Of a stretch of 10,659 nucleotides of DNA, positions 1 through 6,232 are shown piece after piece. The stretch comes from Myxococcales bacterium (lineage in GTDB: Bacteria > Myxococcota_A > UBA9042), in NCBI GenBank assembly GCA_037441385.1, contig JBBISH010000170.1:1-10659 (forward strand), given 5' to 3'. The notes below the pieces were generated by a model. That model worked only from the letters and a program-made list of their open reading frames with translations, was not told the DNA's origin and made no database searches. A program made the position numbers and the translations under genes. Numbering within the stretch: position 1 is the first letter of the stretch; each line of letters begins with the position of its first letter.

Positions 1-245
1 CGAAAACTTCGGCAATTCTTCGGGCCCGAACCGGGGTCCCCGCCTGATTCTCGCCGGTTGCAGACCGGGTCAGAGGAACCGTACAGGCGTGAATCAGACG
101 GGGTTCGTATGACCTGCCATCGATCCCAATCGGCTCGAAAATTCCTGCAATTCTTCGGGCCCGAACCGGGGTCCCCACCTGATTCTCGCCAGTTGCACAA
201 CGGGTCAGAAGAAGCGTTCAGGCGTGAATCCGGTGGGGTGCGTCT
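1..245. repeat. Tandem direct repeat, period 135 bp (copy 1 from 1, copy 2 from 136), each unit with an internal inverted repeat; truncated by the window edge
   Basis: 1-110 aligns with 136-245 without gaps, 15 mismatches by manual count (~86% identity). Each copy has the perfect palindrome TTCGGGCCCGAA (19-30, 154-165) and a ~21-bp imperfect stem (38-58/83-103 and 173-193/218-238). Confidence 0.93.
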
Positions 246-247
246 CG

Positions 248-1387
248 CTAGTTCATGCCAAGCGCAACAATTTGCTGCGCGAACAAGCGATTGGCCTCTG
301 CAGTCGGATGACCGTCGCCGACGATGTGCAGGCGCGCATCGGTGCCCCAGCCCTGCTGCGCGGGCCAGGCCACTTGCACTTGCGCCGACCGCGCACGGTC
401 GAATAGGTGCACGGGGCCGTAGTAGCTCCACACGATCAACCGAAACCCGTGCTCGCGCTGCAAGACAAGGAGTTGCTGCAGTTGCGCCTCGAACCGGCGG
501 CGAATGGCCGCGGGGATCTGGGCTTCGTCGCGCCAACGGGCCTCGTCCTCCTGCTCCAGCGGGTACAGATCTCCCTCTACGCCCAGCACCGCCGATAGCA
601 CCATGCCGCGCTCGCCCAGCTGCTCCAGGCGCTCCCAAGTATCGGCCGGGTCCAAGTCGTTGCCGGCGTTGAAGCCGACGACGACAGTGCTGGGTTTTTC
701 TGCCGGCAGCCGGCTCTGCAACATCTTGACATAGCTACCAAAACTCAAGCCGGGGAAGCCGGCGTTGACGACCCGCCACGTGCGATTCGGCGTGCGCTCG
801 GCCAGGCCGCGCGCCACCTGCTGGGCCAGGGTTTGGTCGTCGGGCACACCGCTGCCAAATACGAACGAGTCGCCCAGCAAAAGCCACGTCTCTGCAGGGC
901 CTTGCCCGGCGGTGGCGGTAGGGCGGCCCCCGTCCCGGTCGGTACAAAGCGTCACCGCCGCAGCTTGGCCGCGGCGCTCGCGATAGCAGTGGTTGGGCGC
1001 AAAGCCCGGACGCCCGGTTGGCGTGTGCAGGTACGGCGCCAAGATCCCCATCTGTGCCAAAGGCTTGCACCCCAAACTGCCGACCAGAAGCGCCATACTC
1101 GGCGCCGCCAGTGCCAGCCCCAGGAGCCAGCGGCGCTGCCGACCCGTCCAGCCCGCCTCGGGCCGCAGCAGCCACAGCAACAGGAGCGCAGAAAACCCAA
1201 GCATCGTCATCGAGTTGAACAGCACGAGCCGCAGCCGCTGCCCAGGTTGCTCCAAGCGAAGCGCGGCCATCACCACCCGCACCACCAGCGAGAGGGCCGC
1301 ATAGCCCGCCCAGGCCGCTGCCGCGCCGCGAACCCCGTTCAGCAGGATGGTCAGCCAGCGGCGGGTCGGGCGGTCGTCAGGCGTCAT
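248..1387 (-). CDS. Membrane-anchored SGNH/GDSL hydrolase-family protein (esterase/acyltransferase-like), 379 aa
   Basis: Block I LLLGDSFVFG, block II VVNAGFPG, block III GFNAGND and block V DGHP (DxH variant of DxxH) are all present in order. About three hydrophobic segments lie in the first ~105 aa. The ATG directly follows the upstream TAG (TAGATG). Confidence 0.88.
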   Translation of the reverse strand: MTPDDRPTRRWLTILLNGVRGAAAAWAGYAALSLVVRVVMAALRLEQPGQRLRLVLFNSMTMLGFSALLLLWLLRPEAGWTGRQRRWLLGLALAAPSMALLVGSLGCKPLAQMGILAPYLHTPTGRPGFAPNHCYRERRGQAAAVTLCTDRDGGRPTATAGQGPAETWLLLGDSFVFGSGVPDDQTLAQQVARGLAERTPNRTWRVVNAGFPGLSFGSYVKMLQSRLPAEKPSTVVVGFNAGNDLDPADTWERLEQLGERGMVLSAVLGVEGDLYPLEQEDEARWRDEAQIPAAIRRRFEAQLQQLLVLQREHGFRLIVWSYYGPVHLFDRARSAQVQVAWPAQQGWGTDARLHIVGDGHPTAEANRLFAQQIVALGMN

Positions 1388-1549
1388 CTAAAAAATGGTG
1401 TAGAGAAATGGGGTTGCGGCCTGTCCACCGGCCAGGAGTGCGCTCGCCAGAAGCAGCAGCACCAGCACGGGCAGAATCCACAGGGCCCGCCGCCGCCGCG
1501 CCAGACCCACCAAATCCACCGCCATATGCCGCAGGTGCCGCCACCGCAT
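1388..1549 (-). CDS. DUF5989-like small single-TM protein, 53 aa (MRWRHLRHMAVDLVGLARRRRALWILPVLVLLLLASALLAGGQAATPFLYTIF)
   Basis: Basic patch RRRR, then W-x-LP and a hydrophobic helix, then C-terminal PFLYTIF, matching the DUF5989 pattern (..RKKWWLLP..APFIYTLF) as I recall it. ATG at 1549 has GGA upstream. The longer start at 1933 runs antisense into the next gene. Confidence 0.82.
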   Translation of the reverse strand: MRWRHLRHMAVDLVGLARRRRALWILPVLVLLLLASALLAGGQAATPFLYTIF

Positions 1550-1642
1550 GGCCGTTCCATCCCGCAAGCCTTGCCGCTCGCACCCCGAGCATGCCATGCC
1601 CACCGCGTCCGCGCGAGGGCCGGGCCGCGCCATCGTCACGAG

Positions 1643-1672
1643 TTGCGAGCGGTCGCGGCATACCCGTACAAT
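1643..1672 (+). promoter_or_regulatory. Putative sigma70-type promoter for the FG-GAP lipoprotein
   Basis: TTGCGA (1643-1648), 18-bp spacer, TACAAT (1667-1672), in the divergent intergenic region. Confidence 0.5.
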
Positions 1673-1697
1673 GGGGCGTACTGATGCGGACTTGGAC

Positions 1698-1767
1698 TGC
1701 CGCACGCCCGAGCCGCCATGTCGCACGCCCGAGCCGCCAAGCCGCACGCCCGAGCCGAATTGCCGCA
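1698..1767 (+). repeat. 21-bp tandem repeat, ~3.3 copies (TGCCGCACGCCCGAGCCGCCA)
   Basis: Units at 1698-1718, 1719-1739 and 1740-1760, plus a partial unit at 1761-1767. The core CGCACGCCCGAGCCG is identical in all three full units. Confidence 0.93.
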
Positions 1768-3997
1768 TTGCGCGCAATCGACGCCCGGCCCGCGACGGCT
1801 CGCCACCGGTTCGGCCTGGTGCGCCGCGCTTGCGCTGGTTTTGGCCGCTTGCAGTTCGCCCAAAGCAGGCGACTCCGCAACCAAGGCGACCGATGCGACT
1901 GGCGCGGACGCCCAGTGGACCGACCCAATTCAAGACGCGGGCGACGCTGCGGCCGGCAAGGATGGCGATGGGCTAGACGTCGCCTGCACATGCGACGCCG
2001 CGGCGCCACCGACCGATGCCAGCTCGGCGGTTTCGGTCGATGCGACCGCTACGGAGGATGCAGGGGCAACTCCCGACAGTGGGGCAGCGGATGCGGCTCC
2101 CGACGCCGCCGTGGACGCGGGCCCGACACCGCCGCCCACCTACGCAACGGGCAAGTTCGTGGACATGTGGCCCCAGGTGGGGGTCAAGCTGCCCGTCATC
2201 GCGGCCGACAAGAGCAAGATGCTGGAAGCGTGGTCCAGCGCTGGCCTTTTTGCCGATTTGGACAAGGATGGCCTGCTCGACTACGTGGTGCTAGACGGCG
2301 ACAGCCATGCCTACTGGGGGCGGGCGCTCGCGCCGTGGAAGTGGTACGACGCGCCGCTGTTGACGAGCAAGGAGCCGGGCCTGACCTCGGTGGCCGTGAC
2401 GGACGAGGATGCCGACGGCTACCCCGAAATTCTGCTCGGCGGCGGCAAGATCTACTATCTGGTGCGCACCAAGTCCGAGACTTATGTCGATCAGGCCAAA
2501 GATCGCGGCTTCGAACTGAGCCTGCAGGCCAAGGCCCAACACATGGCGGTGGGCGATCTGGACAGCGACGGCCTGTTGGACGTGCTGGTGGCCGAGTACT
2601 CGTGCACGAACACATCGCACTTGCGCGGCTGGGTCAATCAGGGCAACCACACCTATGCCGACGAGACGGCGAGCTTGGGGGTCGGACACTTCTCGTCGTT
2701 TTGGTTCGCCCTGCCCGTCGACCTAGACGGCGACCGGCAGCTGGATGTGCTGGTGGGGCACGAGGGCTGCCAACCGGCCAAAGGCAATGTTCGGCTGCAA
2801 AATCAGGGATTGGACGCAGCGCCGCGCTACAAGTTCGCCGATCTGCCGCCGGTCTTTGTTGCGCCGTCGCCCAAGGGAGGCACGCCCATGGGCGCCACCG
2901 TGGCCGACATGAATGGCGATGGCGTCTTGGACATCGTTGCCTCGGACGTGGGCCTGCACGACCTGTACGCTTCGGGCACGACCATCGAGCAGGCCAAGAA
3001 AGACCCGTCGCTGGCGCTCAAGTACGACAACGGCGCCAATCACCTGCTGCTGGCCAAAGGCGACGGCACCTACGTCGAAAACGGCATCTTGTCTGGACTG
3101 GCCTGGGCGACCAGCCAGACCGGCCAAGCGATGACCGGCTGGTCGATGGGCGTCTTCGACTTTGACGGCGACGGCTGGCTAGACGTGTTCATTAGTAATT
3201 CAGAGAACTTCAGTGAGATGCTTCTGGCAGACGAGGGCGGGATGCGCCCGGTGCTGTTCCGCAACTGGAATGGCACGTCGTTTGCGGAGGTGAGCAGCCA
3301 GTATGGGTTGCCGGTGATGCGCTCGGGCCGGGCGCTGTCGATGGCGGATGTGGACGGCGACGGCGACCTGGACCTGTTCGCGGGCGGCCAAGGCGACCAA
3401 CCGGCGCTATACCGCAACGACCTGCAAACGCCCAACACGTGGATGCAAGTGCAGCTGCGCGGACACGCCAGCAACGTGTGGGGCATCGGCGCCCGGATCG
3501 AGCTGGTGACCGACGTGCGCACACTGGTAGCGCCGGTGACCGGCCAGGGCCCCACCCAAACCGCGAACCTGCCCACGGTGCACTTTGGCATTCCGGCCAG
3601 TTGGTCGGTGCAACAGCTGGTGGTGCACTGGCCGTCTGGCTTTGACCAAGTGCTGGTGGCGCCCGAGACCGGCAAGCTGCTCATCGTCGACGAGCCGCCG
3701 CTGGTCGGTCTGTCGGCGCGCTGGATCAACAGCGGCGAGCAGCAGGCCAAGGTGCAGGTCACGGCGCAGGCCTACACCAAGAGCGCCAAGCCGCAAACGG
3801 GCGTGGCAACCGCGATCGAGCTGGCACCGGGGGCCAAGGGCAGTTGGGCAGGGCCAGTTACCTGCGATCCCAGCGGCCTGTGCATGCGCACCTGGACGCC
3901 CCCCAAGGGCGGCTGGGGCACGGATCGCATCGTGGTGACGTTGGGTGGCACGCCGCTGAGCGTCCGCCCCGCCATCCGCTACGACAAGTTGTTCTGA
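1718..3997 (+). CDS. FG-GAP/VCBS-repeat, ASPIC/UnbV-domain (CRTAC1-family-like) lipoprotein
   Basis: Lipobox LVLAA-C (Cys codon 1850-1852), then an Asp/Ala/Pro-rich linker. Seven Ca-binding DxDxDG-type motifs (DLDKDG, DEDADG, DLDSDG, DLDGDR, DMNGDG, DFDGDG, DVDGDG). ASPIC/UnbV signature LRG..SN..GIGARI..VHFG..V.WPSG. Start uncertain (ATG 1718 or TTG 1760). Confidence 0.9.
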   Translation: MSHARAAKPHARAELPHCAQSTPGPRRLATGSAWCAALALVLAACSSPKAGDSATKATDATGADAQWTDPIQDAGDAAAGKDGDGLDVACTCDAAAPPTDASSAVSVDATATEDAGATPDSGAADAAPDAAVDAGPTPPPTYATGKFVDMWPQVGVKLPVIAADKSKMLEAWSSAGLFADLDKDGLLDYVVLDGDSHAYWGRALAPWKWYDAPLLTSKEPGLTSVAVTDEDADGYPEILLGGGKIYYLVRTKSETYVDQAKDRGFELSLQAKAQHMAVGDLDSDGLLDVLVAEYSCTNTSHLRGWVNQGNHTYADETASLGVGHFSSFWFALPVDLDGDRQLDVLVGHEGCQPAKGNVRLQNQGLDAAPRYKFADLPPVFVAPSPKGGTPMGATVADMNGDGVLDIVASDVGLHDLYASGTTIEQAKKDPSLALKYDNGANHLLLAKGDGTYVENGILSGLAWATSQTGQAMTGWSMGVFDFDGDGWLDVFISNSENFSEMLLADEGGMRPVLFRNWNGTSFAEVSSQYGLPVMRSGRALSMADVDGDGDLDLFAGGQGDQPALYRNDLQTPNTWMQVQLRGHASNVWGIGARIELVTDVRTLVAPVTGQGPTQTANLPTVHFGIPASWSVQQLVVHWPSGFDQVLVAPETGKLLIVDEPPLVGLSARWINSGEQQAKVQVTAQAYTKSAKPQTGVATAIELAPGAKGSWAGPVTCDPSGLCMRTWTPPKGGWGTDRIVVTLGGTPLSVRPAIRYDKLF

Positions 3998-4039
3998 CCG
4001 CCCTACTCATTGCGTAGCGTGCCGGTCTGCGGCGGCGCC

Positions 4040-4068
4040 TTGCGACGGCCGGAACACAGGCGTACAGT
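4040..4068 (+). promoter_or_regulatory. Putative sigma70-type promoter for the SPFH gene
   Basis: TTGCGA (4040-4045), 17-bp spacer, TACAGT (4063-4068), 39 bp upstream of ATG 4108. Confidence 0.5.
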
Positions 4069-4107
4069 CCGGGGCGCAGCCACCACCGAACTGCCGGGAA
4101 CACGCCC

Positions 4108-6201
4108 ATGCTCAACACGTTGCTGTCGATGTCGCACATCTTGATCCCCCTGGCGCTGGCCATTTGGTTCGCGATCTGGCTGCTCACGCGCTGGGTGGTC
4201 AACGTCGGCCCGGTCCAGATCGCCATTGCCGAGCGTCGCTTCGTGGGCGCCAAGCTGCCGACCGGGCGCGTCTTCGCGGCCAACGGCGAAGTGGGCATCC
4301 AAGCCGAGTTCAAAGCCCCGGGGCTGCACTTTGTGCCGTGGCCCATCGTGCGCGTGGTCGACAAGGTCGACTTCGTCACCATCGGACCGGACGAACTGGG
4401 CGTCATCACCGCGGCCGACGGCGAGTCGATGCCCAGCGGCCGGATTTTTGCCGAGGACATGGCCGGCGACTCGCACGACAACTTCCAGAACCCCGCGGCG
4501 TTCTTGCTCAATGGCGGCATCCGCGGCCGGCAGCTGCGCTTCTTGACCAACGGCACCTACAAGATCCACCCGCACATCTTCAAGGTCGAGAAGATCCACA
4601 AGACGCGCATCGACGAAGGCTATATCGGCGTGGTCACGGCGGCCGACGGCACGACCTTGGAGCAAGGCCAGATCATCGGCCGGCGCGTGGAAGGCCACGA
4701 CAACTTCCAAAAAGCCGAGGTGTTCCTAAAGAACGGCGGCCAAAAGGGTCCGCAGATCGACTTCTTGCGGCCTGGTACCTACAACATCAATACCGCGATG
4801 TTCCAGGTCGAGATTCGCGAAGCCGTGCAAATTGGCGAAAACGAGCTGGGGATCGTCGAGGCGCGCGCTGGCGAGCCAATGGGCGCGGGCGATGTGGTGG
4901 CCGAGACGCCCGAAATGGGCCTGCACGCCAGCTACCAGGATGGCCAGGCCTACCTGGACGCGGGCGGCAAGCGCGGTCCGCAAGAAGCGGTACTGCGCCC
5001 GGGTACCTACTACGTCAATCCGTACCTGTTCATCGTGACCACCAAGCCGCAGACCGTGATTCCCCAGGGTCAGGTGGGCGTGCTCATCTCAAACATCGGC
5101 AAGGATCCTGCAGGCTTGGACACCACGGACGACGAGCCGGGCAAGGGTCCGCTGTCGCGCAGTGCGCGGGACCCGGAAGAGTCGCGCGTCGACAGTGGCG
5201 TGCGGACCCGGCACGTGGTGCCCCAAGGCTACCGCGGCATCCAGCAGCAGGTGCTTGGCCCCGGCGTGTACCCGCTGAACCCCCTGTCGTACAAGGTGGT
5301 TCCGATTCCCACCACCACGCGCTCGGTCGAGTGGTCGGGCGACCAGCACAACCGCGACTTCAACCCGTTCGAAGTGGTGTCGAACGATGGTTTTGCCATG
5401 AAGGTTGAAATCCGTTTGCAGTACCGCATCTTGCCCGAGCACGCGCCCTACCTAGTGCAGAAGCTCGGTTCGGTCGAAGAGCTGGAAAAGAACGTCATCC
5501 ACCCGCAGATCGACGGCATTTTCCGGGCCCAGGTCAGCAAGGCGCCCGCGCTCAACTACCAGCAGAACCGCGCTGCCGAACAAAGCGAGGCCGAGAACGT
5601 GGTGCGCAAGGACATGGCCCAATACCGCGTCGAAGTGGTGTCGGTCATGATCTGCAACATCGTGCTGCCCGAAGCGCTGATGCACACCACGCAAGAGCGC
5701 AATCTGGCTGAGCAAAAGAAGGCGATGTACGACGCCCAGCGCGCCGCCGAGCAGCAGCGCATCGCGCTGGAGCAGACCAAGGCCGAGGCGGATCAGCAAG
5801 TCGCGATGAAGAAAGCCGAAGTAGGCATCCAGATCGCCAAGAACGAAGCGACTCAGGCCCAGGAACGCGCCAAGGGCGAGGCGGCGGCCGTCAAAACCCG
5901 CGCCGAGGCCGAGGCCGAGCGCATTCGCAAGACCGGTGATGCCGAAGCGGCCGTCATCCAGTCCAAGGGCAACGCCCAGGCCGAGGCGTACGAAAAGCAA
6001 GTGGCGGCGCTCACTTCGCAGGGCGTGACGGCGGTGGAAGTCACCAAGCTGCTGACGGCGGCGGGCACCAAGATCACGCCGGATGTGCTGGTCCAAGGCG
6101 GCACGGGCTCGAGCAGCGACGGCCTGGTGTCGATCCTGTTGGCCAACACCTTGCGCGGCCAGGTGGGGTCGACCACGGCCGTCACGTCCGAGCGCGCCTA
6201 G
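4108..6201 (+). CDS. SPFH/Band-7 (flotillin-like) membrane protein with tandem N-terminal repeats, 697 aa
   Basis: N-terminal TM helix, then ~75-aa repeats (I...E.G.V.A.DG...HDNFQ...F..NGG.RG.Q...L.PGTY.I.P..F.V). Band-7 core VVSNDGFAMKVEIRLQYRI...VEVVSVMICNIVLPE, an AEA/KAE-rich coiled coil, and a flotillin-type tail KITPDVLVQGG. Confidence 0.92.
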   Translation: MLNTLLSMSHILIPLALAIWFAIWLLTRWVVNVGPVQIAIAERRFVGAKLPTGRVFAANGEVGIQAEFKAPGLHFVPWPIVRVVDKVDFVTIGPDELGVITAADGESMPSGRIFAEDMAGDSHDNFQNPAAFLLNGGIRGRQLRFLTNGTYKIHPHIFKVEKIHKTRIDEGYIGVVTAADGTTLEQGQIIGRRVEGHDNFQKAEVFLKNGGQKGPQIDFLRPGTYNINTAMFQVEIREAVQIGENELGIVEARAGEPMGAGDVVAETPEMGLHASYQDGQAYLDAGGKRGPQEAVLRPGTYYVNPYLFIVTTKPQTVIPQGQVGVLISNIGKDPAGLDTTDDEPGKGPLSRSARDPEESRVDSGVRTRHVVPQGYRGIQQQVLGPGVYPLNPLSYKVVPIPTTTRSVEWSGDQHNRDFNPFEVVSNDGFAMKVEIRLQYRILPEHAPYLVQKLGSVEELEKNVIHPQIDGIFRAQVSKAPALNYQQNRAAEQSEAENVVRKDMAQYRVEVVSVMICNIVLPEALMHTTQERNLAEQKKAMYDAQRAAEQQRIALEQTKAEADQQVAMKKAEVGIQIAKNEATQAQERAKGEAAAVKTRAEAEAERIRKTGDAEAAVIQSKGNAQAEAYEKQVAALTSQGVTAVEVTKLLTAAGTKITPDVLVQGGTGSSSDGLVSILLANTLRGQVGSTTAVTSERA

Positions 6202-6217
6202 ATCGCGCGATCTTTCG

Positions 6218-6226
6218 TGCTACATT
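6218..6226 (+). promoter_or_regulatory. Putative extended -10 element (TGnTACATT), 6 nt before ATG 6233
   Basis: TG-C-TACATT at 6218-6226, followed by GGCCCC-ATG. No Shine-Dalgarno precedes ATG 6233. Confidence 0.4.
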
Positions 6227-6232
6227 GGCCCC

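Noticed and set aside
1..245. CRISPR array or integron attC sites
   Set aside because: The conserved unit is at least 110 bp, far longer than CRISPR repeats, and only two copies are visible. There are no cas or integrase genes in the window and no RYYYAAC..GTTRRRY boundaries on the stems.
58..672. 204-aa + strand ORF reading through the 135-bp repeat (45-codon period)
   Set aside because: Most differing codons between copies are non-synonymous (about 9 of 13). The rest of the ORF is an Arg/Pro/Ala-rich shadow antisense to the SGNH gene.
1388..1933. 181-aa version of the DUF5989-like ORF
   Set aside because: The extension is antisense to the lipoprotein gene and crosses the tandem repeat and promoter. 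Only the last 53 aa look like a real protein.
1408..3165. 585-aa + strand ORF overlapping the FG-GAP gene
   Set aside because: Arg/Gly-rich alternate-frame shadow typical of high-GC DNA, with no motifs. The overlapping frame has clear domain signatures.
4164..5408. 414-aa alternate-frame ORF and the antisense ORFs within the SPFH gene
   Set aside because: Arg/Pro/Gly-rich or antisense shadows caused by GC3 bias.
6083..6232. N-terminal extension of the PLD ORF
   Set aside because: Overlaps the SPFH 3' end by 119 bp with low-complexity sequence. ClsB-like similarity starts only near 6308.
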